Below are positions 1 through 13,186 of a DNA stretch of 64,000 bases, in pieces. This DNA comes from Eledone cirrhosa (lineage: Eukaryota): the NCBI GenBank assembly GCA_964016885.1, contig OZ024745.1, positions 31,744,001-31,808,000 on the forward strand, given 5' to 3'. A program made the position numbers and the translations under genes. Position 1 is the first letter of the stretch, and each line of letters opens with the position of its first letter. Under the pieces are notes generated by a model. The model saw nothing but the letters and a program-made list of their open reading frames with translations. It did no database searches and was not told the origin of the DNA.

Positions 1-1192
<1,192 letters not shown>

Positions 1193-1833
1193 TGGTGGCT
1201 GCCAACTCGTTTTCGAGTACGGCCACTACTTTACATCCATGTAGGATAACCCCTACCGAAGCGCTGAACGAGTGTGACTTTTTAGTCCAGCCAGCGACTT
1301 GAAACCTCTGGTACAAACACTACACCTGTGACAATCATTGACACATAGTGCTAGGCCCATGGTAGGACAATTATTGACACATAGTGCTGGGCCCATGTGA
1401 GGACAAGTGCAGAGAGATCTCCAGATATAAAGCAATGCCTGTGCCGTGAAGCTTTTATAGTGAGCAAAGGCACTGCACAAGGCCAGTCCCACTCTCTTAA
1501 CCAAGATGATATTTACCAAAAAGAAGAACAAGTCAACATCATTGGATACCATCAGGGTTGCAGGTGTTATATCAGAGTTTTCCTTCTCCTAGAATTCTGC
1601 CTTGACAAAGGCTAAGGGGTGATCTCTCCCAGTGATTTTGGATGGCCATTGACTCTTAAGAGCTCCTTTGGCCTTTGACAGGTTTTGTTTTTAGTCCTGC
1701 AGGATGTCCAAAGTCACCCTCCTCACCAAGAAACCTTGGTGGGGTTGCTAGTTATGTCAGGTCACCAGTTGGTGCTACTGGTAACATGTATCCCAGTTCA
1801 ACCTGTCTCATGGTCGGGTCGTTGGCGACTAAA
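1193..1833 (-). mobile_element. 5'-truncated non-LTR retroelement 3' end (RTE-like C-terminal C2H2 finger, 3' stem-loop, TA tail)
   Basis: Minus ORF ends [25 protein letters not shown]. The short 3' UTR has an ACTCG-AAAA-CGAGT hairpin and runs into (TA)n. Three more copies lie at 5592-6640. Confidence 0.6.
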
Positions 1834-1968
1834 CATATATATATACATACATACATATATACATATATATATACATACATGCATATACACATACATACAT
1901 ACATACATACATATATACATATATATATACATATATATATACATATATATATACATATATATATATAT

Positions 1969-2001
<33 letters not shown>

Positions 2002-2058
2002 TATATATATACATATATATATATATACATATATATATACATATATATATATATACAT

Positions 2059-3230
2059 ATCATCATCATCATCATCATCATCAGGTTTAGCGTCCGTGTT
2101 CCACGCTTGCATGGGTTTGGACGGGGGTTTTCCCACTTGAGGCAAGAGTGGTTGTCTTGCTCGCATAGGACTGTCTGGCGGGTTTTCTACAGTTGGATGC
2201 CCTTCCTAACACCAACCACATTTACAGTGTGGGGCTGGGAGGTTTTTACCGTGTTGCCTAGACGGCCACATTACAGCGTGGACTGTCTGGCGGGTTTTCT
2301 ACAGCTGGATGCCCTTCCTAACACCAACCACATTTACAGTGTGGGGCTGGGAGGTTTTTACCGTGTTGCCTACACGGCCACATTTACAGCGTGGACTGTG
2401 TGTTTTTTGTCGTGACACCTACACGATCTCATTTGTTTCGGCCTGGATGTTGTGGGACCAACATAACTTTACATTGAAAGGGGCGGTGTGGGTGGGTGGA
2501 GGTGGTGGGACGGGGGTGTGTTTTGATAGAGGTGCCTACTGACTGTAGTAGGTTTTTACTTTGTATTTAGGTAAGGCGGGTCTTCTCTATTACTGAGTAC
2601 CGCCAAAGGTCTCGGTCCAGTGACATTGTCTTGGAGAGGTGTAAGCGTGTGAGGTCGGAATTTATCAGCTCGTCCCATGTTTTTCTGGGTCTGCCTACTC
2701 CGTGGCTACCGTCTATCTTTATTGCCCTGCACTTTGTTATACAGCTGTCGTCTTTCATGCGCAGCACGTGACCGTACCAACGTAGCCTTCTCTCGAGTAA
2801 ACAACATCTGATCCCTCTTATTTCTAATTTTTTCCTTAGTTCGTTTATGCTTTGCCGTTCACGTATATTACTATTGCACATCCAGCGGAGCATGCAAGCT
2901 TCGTTCCTCTCTAGTCTGCGTATATCCTCTGCACACAATGCCCAGGTCTCACTGCCATGCAGCATTGCTGTTCGTATGCAGGCATCGTATAACCTGCCTT
3001 TCATTTTTAGGGAGAACCCTCTAGCGGCTAATAGTGGTATAAGCTCTCTGAACTTTTTCCATCCAGTTCTGACTCTAGCTACTGTACTTTCAGAGCACCC
3101 TCCCCCACTGCTGATTTTGTCACCCAGATAACGGAAGCTGTCCACTATTTCTATAGAACCCTCTGCGCAGTTGAAGGAGCTAGTATTTTGTGGGCACTTG
3201 CTGTTACTTATTGCACCAGAGCACCGGCCA
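2059..3230 (-). mobile_element. RTE-clade LINE, 5'-truncated 3' fragment
   Basis: RT C-terminus (FRYLGDKI...MLHGSETW...RLRWYGHV...GRPRKTW) nearly identical to the 10336-11661 ORF. The 3' UTR has an internal duplication and a (GAT)n tail, and is flanked by TA microsatellites. Confidence 0.93.
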
Positions 3231-3617
3231 CATATATACATATATATATATATATACATATATATACATATATATATATATACATATATATATACATACA
3301 TATATATATACATATACATATACATACATATATATATACATATACATATATATATACATATATATATACATATACATATATATATACATATACATATATA
3401 TATACATATATATATATACATATATATATACATATACATATATATATATACATATATATATACATATACATATATATATACATATACATATATATATATA
3501 CATATATATATACATATACATATATATATATACATATATATATATACATATATATATACATATATATATACATATATATATATACATATACATATATATA
3601 TACATATATATATATAC

Positions 3618-3665
<48 letters not shown>

Positions 3666-3747
3666 ATGCATATATATATACATATATATATACATATACA
3701 TATATATATACATATACATATATATATACATATACATATATATATAC

Positions 3748-3787
<40 letters not shown>

Positions 3788-3805
3788 CTATATATATATA
3801 TATAC
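3231..3805. repeat. (TA)n/(TACA)n microsatellite
   Basis: Low-complexity TA repeats. Confidence 0.97.
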
Positions 3806-3926
3806 AGTATTTACGTATCGAGAAAGAGAAAAAAAGAGGAGGATAGGTGATACATATAGTTATTTGCTGTTTTAAATAAACATGTTTTAACGGTCTATTC
3901 TCCGATTTTTTACTTTTATTTTATAC

Positions 3927-3958
<32 letters not shown>

Positions 3959-4074
3959 ATATATACATGTATATATATATATATATATAAATATATATAT
4001 ATAAATGTTTGTATATGTATAATAAAGCCAAAACAATGCAGGTATGGACATAGAATAAAGAATGCAAATGCAAA

Positions 4075-4450
4075 AGATATTGTTGACAATTAGTCCTTTA
4101 CCTTAGATTTATTTAAATGTCCTTAATTTTCGAGATAATATCTCTTCTTCGGAGGGAAGTAAAGCGGTTAAACCAGTGTTCTAAATAGCTTGCCAAGTCA
4201 TGCTGACAGGAAATGGTATAGAGTATCTGTTCTATCTCTAATGTCAAAGAGCTTCCTGTCAGCATGACTTGGCAAGCTATTTAGAACACTGGTTTAACTG
4301 CTTTACTTCCCTCCGAAGAAGAGATATTATCTCAAAAATTAAGGTCATTTAAATAAATCTAAGGTAAAAGACTAATTGTCAACAATATCTAGAAGAAAAT
4401 TAAGAGGCTAATAAAATAAAATATTTTATTAGCCTCTTAATTTTCTTCTA
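4075..4450. repeat. Two adjacent fold-back inverted repeats (~138-bp arms 4075-4212/4253-4390; 29-bp arms 4390-4450)
   Basis: Arms are near-perfect reverse complements, e.g. GCTTGCCAAGTCATGCTGACAGGAA / TTCCTGTCAGCATGACTTGGCAAGC. Confidence 0.92.
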
Positions 4451-4737
4451 GTCTAATAGGTTTATTGGAGCCTGTAAGCTTTATGCACTCATTGAGGGAT
4501 TTTCTAAGGTGCTTCTACGGGACCCCAAGTCTTTTAGTTTAATGTTGATGTGTAAATTATATATTTTTGTCTAATTTTTAAACTTCAATCCCTGACCCCG
4601 ACAACTAATATAAAAGAGCCCCCCTTAGAATATTGACCCCAACTATACAAGCGGAGTTGCTGATGTATACAACAATTTCAAACTGCTAGCCTTGAGTGAT
4701 ACGTTGATGTAAACAATGATCTTGCAATCACGTTATA

Positions 4738-4784
4738 TGCCTTGATAAGTCCCACCATGGGGTCGGACGAAACGGCTGTCGGCA
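4738..4784 (+). ncRNA. Type I hammerhead ribozyme motif, U3-A8 core variant
   Basis: TGCC-TTGATAA-GTCC..GGAC-GAA-ACGGCTGT-C-GGCA followed by AATAAA. Stems I, II and III all pair, with a GUC cleavage triplet. Confidence 0.75.
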
Positions 4785-4995
4785 ATAAACTTGTTATAAT
4801 GTCATAATAGTTCCTTTGTTCTTTTTCACTAATATTTCTGCTCTGCGTATACGCATAGAGCTTAACTAGCTACTGTCACATATTTGGTAAGTCAGACGTG
4901 ATCATCGCGATTCACATACGACCTACCATACATCTTACATATATATATATATATACTTATATATATACATACATATATATATATATATACTTATA

Positions 4996-5445
4996 TCACT
5001 GGACCGAGACCTTTGGCGGTACTCAGTAACAGAGAAGACCCGCCTTACCTAAATATATAGTAAAACCTACTCCAGCCAGTAGGCATCTCTAACAAAATAC
5101 ACCCCGTCCCACCACCCCCACCCGATCCACACCACCCCGTTCTATGTAAAGTTATGTTGGTGCCGCGCCATCGAGGCCGAAACAAATGAGATCGTGTAGG
5201 TGTCACGACAAAAAAACACACAGTCCACGCTGTAATGTGGCCGTGTAGGCAACACGGTAAAAACCTCCCAGACCCACACTGTAAATGTGGTTGGTGTTAG
5301 GAAGGGCATCCAACTGTAGAAAACCTGCCAGACAGTCCTATGCGAGCAAGACAATCACTCTTGCCTCAAGTGGGACTACCCCCGTCCAAACCCATGCAAG
5401 CGTGGAACACGGACGTTAAACGTTGATGATGATGATGATGATGAT
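4996..5445 (+). mobile_element. RTE LINE 3' end fragment
   Basis: Matches 11605-12043 and ends in (GAT)n followed by (TA)n. Confidence 0.92.
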
Positions 5446-5591
5446 ATATATATATACTTATATATATACATACATATATATATATACACATATATATATA
5501 TATATACTTATATATATACATACATATATACATATATACATATACATATATATATATACACGTATATATATATATATATATACTTATATAT

Positions 5592-6640
5592 ATGGTGGCT
5601 GCCAACTCGTTTTCGAGTACAGCCACTACTTTATATCCATGTAGGTGAACCCCTAGCGATGCGCTGAACGAGTGTGACTTTTTAGTCCAGCCAGCGACAT
5701 GAAAACTCTGGTACAAACACTACACTTGTGACAATTATTGACACATAGTGCTGGGCCCATGGTACCATGTGACGACAAGTGCAGAGAGATCTCCAGATAT
5801 AAATACATACATACATACATACATGCATACATGGTGGCTGCCAACTCATTTTCAAGTACGGCCACTACTTTATATCCATATAGGAGAACCCCTACCGATG
5901 CGCTGAACGAGTGTGACTTTTTAGTCCAGCCAGCGACTTGAATACTCTGGTACAAACACTACACTTGTGACAATTATTGACACATAGTGCTGGGCCCATG
6001 GTACCATGTGACGACAAGAGCAGAGAGATCTCCAGATATAAAGCAATGCCTGTGCCGTGAAGCTTTTATAGTGAGAAAAGGCACTGCACAGAGCCAGTCC
6101 CACTCTCTTAACCAAGATGATATTTACCAAAAACAAGAACAAGTCAACATCATTGGATACCATCAGAGTTGCAGGTGTTATATATATGGTGGCTGCCAAC
6201 TCGTTTTCGAGTACGGCCACTACTTTATATCCATGTAGGAGAACCCCTACCGAAGCGCTGCATGAGTGTGACTTTTTAGTCCAGCCAGCGACTTGAAAAC
6301 TCTGGTACAAACACTACACTTGTGACAATTATTGACACATAGTGCTGGGCCCATGGTACCATGTGAGGACAAGTGCAGAGAGATCTCCAGATATAAAGCA
6401 ATGCCTGTGCCGTGAAGCTTTTATAGTGAGCAAAGGCACTGCACAAAGCCAGTCCCACTCTCTTAACCAAGATGATATTTACCAAAAAGAAGAACAAGTC
6501 AACATCATTGGATACCATCAAGGTTGCAGGTGTTATATCAGAGTTTTCCTTCTCCTAGAATTCTGCCTTGACAAAGGCTAAGGGGTCATCTCTCCCGGTG
6601 ATTTTGGATGGCCATTGACTCTTAAGAGCTCCTTTGCCCT
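5592..6640 (-). mobile_element. Three head-to-tail 5'-truncated copies of the 1193-1833 element
   Basis: ATGGTGGCTGCCAACTC starts at ~5592, ~5831 and ~6186. Copies are ~210, ~350 and ~455 bp, separated by short TA/TACA. Confidence 0.85.
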
Positions 6641-6663
6641 ACATACATATATACATACATATA

Positions 6664-6695
<32 letters not shown>

Positions 6696-6701
6696 CATAT
6701 A

Positions 6702-6733
<32 letters not shown>

Positions 6734-6965
6734 CATACATATATACATATATATATATACATACATATATACATACATATATATATATACATATATATAT
6801 ATACATACATATATATATATACATATATATATATACATATATATATATACATACATATATATACATATATATATATACATATATATATATACATACATAT
6901 ATATACATATATATATATACATATATATATATACATACATATATATACATATATATATATACATA

Positions 6966-7034
<69 letters not shown>

Positions 7035-7206
7035 ACATATATATACATATATATATATACATATATATACATATATATATATACATATATATACATACAT
7101 ATATATACATATACATATATATACATATACATATATATACATACATATATATACATATACATATATATACATACATATATATACATATACATATATATAC
7201 ATATAC

Positions 7207-7260
<54 letters not shown>

Positions 7261-7400
7261 ACATATATATACATACATATATATATATATATACATATAT
7301 ATATACATACATATATATATATATATACATATATATATACATATATATATATATATACATATATATATACATATATATATACATATATATATACATATAT
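6641..7400. repeat. (TA)n/(TACA)n microsatellite
   Basis: Low-complexity TA repeats. Confidence 0.97.
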
Positions 7401-9958
7401 ATCATCATCATGATTATCCTCGTTTAACGTGTACTTTCCACGCTAGCATGGGTTAGACGGGAGTTGTCCCACTTGGGGCAAGGTTGGTCGGGTGACCGTG
7501 TCTCGCTCATATAGGACTATCTGGCAGGTTTTCTACGGCTGGATGCCCTTCCTAACACCAACCACATTTACAGTGTGGAACTGGGAACTTTTTACTGTGC
7601 TACCTACACAGCCACATTACAGCGTGGACTATGTGTTTTTTTTCTCGTGACACCTACACGATCTCAATCTCATCTCATTTATTTGGACTGGATGTTGTGG
7701 TACCAAGTTTATAGTTGGTGTTGGTGGGAGGATAGGGTAAGGGTAGTGGATTGGTGTGTATATTTGGTTAAGAGGTGCCTACTGACTGTAGGTTTCGCTT
7801 TGTACATAGGCAAGGCGGGTCTTCTGTATTACTGCGTAGCGCCAAAGATCTCGGTCCAGTGACATTGTCTTAGAGAGGTGCAAGTGTGTAAGGTCGGAAT
7901 TTATCAGATCGTCCCAGGTTTTTCTGGGTCTACCTACTCCGTAACTACCATCAATTTTGATCACCCTGCACTTTTTTATACAGCTGTCGTCTTTCATGCG
8001 CATCACGTGGCCATACCAACATAGTCTTCTCTCGAGTAAACAGCATCTGATCGCTCTTATTCCTAATTTCTCACTTAGTTCATTTATGCTTTTCCGTTCA
8101 CGTATATTACTATTACACATCCAACGGAGCATGCATGCTTCGTTCCTTTCCAGTCTATGCAGATCCTCTGCACGCAATGCCCATGTCTCACTGCCATGTA
8201 GCATTGCTGTTCGTATACAGGTATCATACAATCTGCCTTTCATTTTTAGAGAGAAACCGGTATAAGCTCTCTGAACTTTTTCCATCCCGTTCTGACTGGC
8301 TACTGTACTTTCAGAGCACCCTCCACCACTGCTGATTTTGTCACCCAGGTAACGGAAAGTGTCTACTATTTCTATAGAACCATCTGGGCAATAGAAGGGG
8401 CTAGTATCCTGTGGACACTTGTTACTTATCGCACCTGACCATCGGCCACATATAAAGTCTACGTTCTTAGATAGTTTACCTGTGATCCCACTACATCTTT
8501 TATGTACCCATACTTTGCATTTGGGACATAAAATTGAATTTCTGCCTACTCCTTTCCTACACACTGAGCAAGGCCATTTCTCGGAGGGTACCTGTGCCTT
8601 ATTTTCCTTTCTACAAACTAGGACTTTAGTCTTAGACAAGTTAACTTTAAGGCCTTTTGATTCTAGGCCATGCTTCCATGTTTGGAATTTCTTTTCTAGT
8701 TCAGCCATTGATTCAGCTATGAGCGTTAGATCCTCTGCGTATAGGAGTTCCCATGGGCAGCCGGTCTTGAACTCCTCTGTTATAGCCTGAAGGGCAATAA
8801 TAAATAGGAGGGGGCTAAGGACAGAGCCTTGGTGAACAACTTTTACACTAAATTCTTCACAATATTCATTGTTAATTCTAACCTTACTGACTGTTTCATT
8901 ATACATAGCTTGTATAGCTCTCACAAGCCATTCATCTACACCTAGTTTTTTAAGAGCCCACCAGATAATGGAGCGGGGGGACTCTGTCAAAGGCTTTTTC
9001 CAGATCTACAAAAGCTAAGTAGAGGGGTTTACTTTTAGCTAGGTATTCTCTTGTAGTTGTCGTACAAGGAAAAGAGCGTCTGTGGTACTTTTACCTGACA
9101 CAAACCCAAACTGCATTTCATCTAGATCAATTCGCTCTCTGATTAGTTGTGCTATAACTCTTTCTGTGACCTTCATGACCTGGTCAATTAACTTAATGCC
9201 TCTATAGTTTCCTCTATCTAGAGCATCTCCTTTACCCTTGTAGCAGTTAATGATGATGCTGCTACGCCAGTCTTTTGGTATGACCCCATTCTGTATTACT
9301 TGGTTAACTATACGGGTGACCATAGTATGTCCCACCATTCCAGATGTCCTCAACATCTCAGCAACTATCTCCGAAGGCCCAGCTGCTTTGCCTGTCTTCA
9401 TATCTTTGATTGCCTTACTTATTATACTACCTTTAACTTGCACCGCTGGTCCTTCTATTGGATCGATTTGGAGCAGACTATCTTTTTCCCACTTATTCTC
9501 CTCATTTAATAGTCTCTCGTAGTGACACTTCCAGTCTATCTTCTTATCAGCATCAGTGAGTGCAAGTACACGGTTATCATTACGTACACACTTCTCTCCG
9601 ACAATATCACGGTTTTCCTTGACACATTGTCTAGCAATCCTGAACACCTCGCGTTTTTGGTCTCCTAGCTACTTGATAGTGCTCTCTACTTCCCCCATCC
9701 TGCCAAACTTTCCAAGCCTGCTTTTTGGCCTTGATTGTCTCTTCTACCTTACTGTTCTACCACCAAGTTACTCTCCTCCTGCCAATAGGTCAGCTCCAGC
9801 CACAGATTTCATCCGTTGCTTTCAGCAGGTTTACTTTCAAGATTTGCCACTGTTCCTCTATGTCGCACGTCTCTAATTGCTCTTCCTTATTGCCAAAGGC
9901 ATCAAGTAATAAGCTTTTAAATTTGTCACTGGCTATGGGGTCCTTCAATTTCTTTCTA
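7401..9958 (-). mobile_element. RTE-clade LINE, degenerate (frameshifted RT, YADD changed to YAED)
   Basis: ORFs 9039-9647 (GNYRGIKL, QFGF) and 7779-8990 (QGSVLSPLLF, LLYAEDL) plus a 3' UTR and (GAT)n tail. More diverged from the other copies. Confidence 0.93.
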
Positions 9959-10194
9959 TATATATATATATATATATATACATACATATATACATATACA
10001 TATAAGGCTGGAACAGGTAAAAGAGTATATATACATATACACCTATATATATATATATTAGAAAGTTAGGTTTTTTTTACAAAATGAAAAATAACCGAGG
10101 TGTCCTACACAAGTAAAAGTATAAAGAAAAAAAGATGAAATCGAAAATGCAACTGGAGTCTTATTTTTTAAAAAAATATACTTATTTATTTGGT

Positions 10195-10235
10195 TCCTTT
10201 ACCGGTTTCGCAGTTCTTCTGCTTTTCAACAGTAG
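10195..10235 (-). ncRNA. Degenerate hammerhead motif (U3-A8 core, stem I poor)
   Basis: Minus strand reads TTGAAAA-GCAG-AAGAA-CTGC-GAA-ACCGGT-A with a palindromic stem III. No good stem I is visible. Confidence 0.45.
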
Positions 10236-10280
10236 AGTTGAGATGGAGGGTCTGTGGTTTTTCTCGCATCTCTCTCTCTC

Positions 10281-12043
10281 TGTCACGGAAAAAGTAATAG
10301 CGCAACTAATCAGAGAGTGAATTGATCTAGATGAAATGCAGTTCGGGTTTGTGTCAGGAAAAAGTACCACAGACGCTCTTTTCATTGTACGACAACTACA
10401 GGAGAAGTACCTAGCTAAAAGTAAACCCCTATACTTAGCTTTCGTCGACTTGGAGAAGGCCTTTGACAGAGTCCCCCGTTCCATTATTTGGTGGGCTCTT
10501 AGAAAACTAGGTGTCGATGAATGGCTTGTACAAGCCATGTATAAAGAAACAGTCAGCAAGGTTAGAATTAACAACGAATATAGTGAAGAGTTTAGTGTAA
10601 AAGTTGGTGTTCATCAGGGCTCTGTTCTTAGCCCCCTACTATTTATTATTGCCCTCCAGGCTATAACAGTGGAGTTCAAGACCGGCTGCCCATGGGAACT
10701 CCTATACGCAGATGATCTAACGCTCATAGCTGAATCAATGGCCGAGCTAGAGAAGAAATTCCAAACATGGAAGCACGGGCTAGAATCAAAAGGCCTTAAA
10801 ATTAACCTGGCTAAGACTAAAGTTCTAGTTTGTAAGAAAGAAAATAAGGCGGCGGTCCCCTCCGGGAAGTGGCCATGCCCAGAGTGTAGGAAAGGCGTAG
10901 GTAGAAATTCCATTTTGTGTCCCAAATGCAAAGTTTGGGTTCATAAAAGATGTAGTGGGATCACAGGTAAGCTAACTAAGAACATAGATTTTACATGTGG
11001 CCGGTGTTCTGGGGCAATAAGTAGCAGCAAGTGCCCACAAAATACTAGCTCTTTCAACTGCGCAGAGGGTTCTATAGAAATAGTGGACAGCTTCCGTTAC
11101 CTGGGTGACAAAATCAGCAGTGGGGGAGGGTGCTCTGAAAGTACAGTAGCTAGAGTCAGAACTGGGTGGAAAAAGTTGAGAGAGCTTATACCACTATTAG
11201 CCGCTAAAGGGTTCTCCCTAAAAATGAAAGGCAGGTTTTACGATGCCTGCATACGAACAACAATGTTGCATGGCAGTGAGACCTGGGCATTGTGTGCAGA
11301 GGATATACGCAGACTAGAGAGAAACGAAGCTTGCATGCTCCGCTGGATGTGTAATAGTAATATACGTGAACAACAAAGCATAAACGAACTAAGGAAAAAA
11401 TTAGAAATAAGAGGGATCAGATGTTGTTTACTCGAGAGAAGGCTACGTTGGTATGGTCACGTGATGCGCATGAAGGACGATAGCTGTATAACAAAGTGCA
11501 GGGCAATAAAGATAGACGGTAGCCACGGAATAGGCAGACCCAGAAAAACCTGGGACGAGCTGATAAACTCCGACCTCACACACTTACACCTCACCAAGAC
11601 AATGTCACTGGACCGAGACCTTTGGCGGTACTCAGTAATAGAGAAGACCCGCCTTACCTAAATACAAAGTAAAACCTACTACAGTCAGTAGGCATCTCTA
11701 ACAAAATACACCCCCGTCCCACCACCCCCACCCCATCCACACCGCCCCCCCTTCTATGTAAAGTTATGTTGGTGCCACACCATCCAGGCCGAAACAAATG
11801 AGATCGTGTAGGTGTCACGACAAAAAAACACACAGTCCACGCTGTAATGTGGCCGTGTAGGCAACACGGTAAAAACCTCCCAGACCCACACTGTAAATGT
11901 GGTTGGTGTTAGGAAGGGCATCCAACTGTAGAAAACCTGCCAGACAGTCCTATGCGAGCAAGACAATCACTCTTGCCTCAAGTGGGAAAACCCCCGTCCA
12001 AACCCATGCAAGCGTGGAACACGGACGTTAAACGATGATGATG
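10281..12043 (+). mobile_element. RTE-clade LINE, 5'-truncated
   Basis: RT ORF, ~380-nt 3' UTR and (GAT)n tail. Confidence 0.95.
10336..11661 (+). CDS. Partial RTE reverse transcriptase with an inserted Cys/His (PHD-like) finger
   Basis: Motifs DLEKAFD, QGSVLSP, YADD and YLG. CPEC..C..C..WVH..C..C..C lies between YADD and YLG. Confidence 0.88.
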   Translation: MQFGFVSGKSTTDALFIVRQLQEKYLAKSKPLYLAFVDLEKAFDRVPRSIIWWALRKLGVDEWLVQAMYKETVSKVRINNEYSEEFSVKVGVHQGSVLSPLLFIIALQAITVEFKTGCPWELLYADDLTLIAESMAELEKKFQTWKHGLESKGLKINLAKTKVLVCKKENKAAVPSGKWPCPECRKGVGRNSILCPKCKVWVHKRCSGITGKLTKNIDFTCGRCSGAISSSKCPQNTSSFNCAEGSIEIVDSFRYLGDKISSGGGCSESTVARVRTGWKKLRELIPLLAAKGFSLKMKGRFYDACIRTTMLHGSETWALCAEDIRRLERNEACMLRWMCNSNIREQQSINELRKKLEIRGIRCCLLERRLRWYGHVMRMKDDSCITKCRAIKIDGSHGIGRPRKTWDELINSDLTHLHLTKTMSLDRDLWRYSVIEKTRLT

Positions 12044-12302
12044 ACGGAAAAAATGAAACAAAATTTCATTTTTCACTCTTAGTACGGCTGTTACTTAAAT
12101 ATATGTATACGTACATACATATATGTATACAGACGCACAGTAGTATGTATATATATACATACATGCACACATATATATATGTACGTATGGATTCGCCGAA
12201 CATTTATTATAATGCTCGGTGTGCTTGTAAACAAACATCCCGAATTAAGCCGTACAGTGTCTAGCAACCATCGTTGCCCTTTTGTTCAACACTGACAAAG
12301 GA

Positions 12303-12345
12303 ACGATGTACTAGTTTCAAGCTTATTAGCTATCGTCAGCACCGT
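12303..12345 (-). ncRNA. Minimal type I hammerhead ribozyme motif
   Basis: Minus strand: ACGGTG-CTGACGA-TAGCT.AATA.AGCTT-GAA-ACTAGT-A-CATCGT. Confidence 0.8.
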
Positions 12346-12630
12346 ATACCTTCCTGCCAGATGATTGAACGTCTGAAAGTATATACTTTCCTTATGCATA
12401 TTAACGGCTGAGCAGCCTAATTTGCATATGTATGTACGTATACATATTTATATTTAAGTAACAGCCGTACTAAGAGTGAGAAATGAAATTTCGTTTCATT
12501 TTTTCCGTTTATAGTTTTCGGTGCGCCCGGCTGATTAACTCACTTGATATGCAAATTAGGCTGCTCAGCCGTTAATATGCATAAGGAAAGTATATACTTT
12601 CAGACGTTCAATCATCTGGCAGGAAGGTAT

Positions 12631-12673
12631 ACGGTGCTGATGATAGCTAATAAGCTTGAAACTAGTACATCGT
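12631..12673 (+). ncRNA. Minimal type I hammerhead ribozyme motif
   Basis: ACGGTG-CTGATGA-TAGCT.AATA.AGCTT-GAA-ACTAGT-A-CATCGT, with palindromic stem III. Confidence 0.82.
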
Positions 12674-12791
12674 TCCTTTGTCAGTGTTGAACAAAAGAGC
12701 AACGATGGTTGCTAAACACTGTACGGCTTAATTCGGGATGTTTGTTTACAAACACACCGAACATTATAATAAATGTTCGGTGAATCCATAC

Positions 12792-12842
<51 letters not shown>

Positions 12843-13109
12843 TGCATGTATGTATATACATACTACTGTACGTCTGTATACATATATGTATGTACGTATA
12901 CATACTTATATATATATATATACATATAGATAAGAAACAAAGCAAGAATAAGATTTAATAATGTCATTTTGATTTGTTACATTACAAAAAATGTTTTCCA
13001 ATTTTTCATGCATTACATTTTACATTGAGTAATATTGAAATGCAGAGTTTTTCTCCATAAATTATATCACTGATTTAAAATCAATCATCATTTTCTTACA
13101 AAAACAAAA

Positions 13110-13145
13110 TGGGTGAAATGCAGCAAGGCGCGGGTAATTTGGCTA

Positions 13146-13148
<3 letters not shown>
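13110..13148 (+). mobile_element. Possible Helitron 3' terminus
   Basis: GC-rich GCAAGGCGCGGG about 8 nt upstream of CTAG|T. The hairpin is imperfect. Confidence 0.3.

Positions 13149-13186
<38 letters not shown>

Larger units (their letters stand above)
12044..12907. mobile_element. Hammerhead-containing non-coding repeat (retrozyme/Penelope pLTR-like): ~470-nt monomer plus inverted, circularly permuted copy
   Basis: The plus monomer (~12428-12907) is bounded by the direct repeat TATGTATGTACGTATACATA. The inverted copy (12044-12428) crosses the monomer end/start junction. A third copy lies at 23576-23992. Confidence 0.75.

Noticed and set aside
4311-4350. Hammerhead-like CCGAAGA-A-GAGATA.T.TATCTC-(G/A)AAA in the fold-back arms
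   Set aside because: U4 is changed and there is no convincing stem I or III. At most a relic.
1675-7427. Long Y/I/T/H-rich ORFs
   Set aside because: Translations of stop-free TA/TACA microsatellites.
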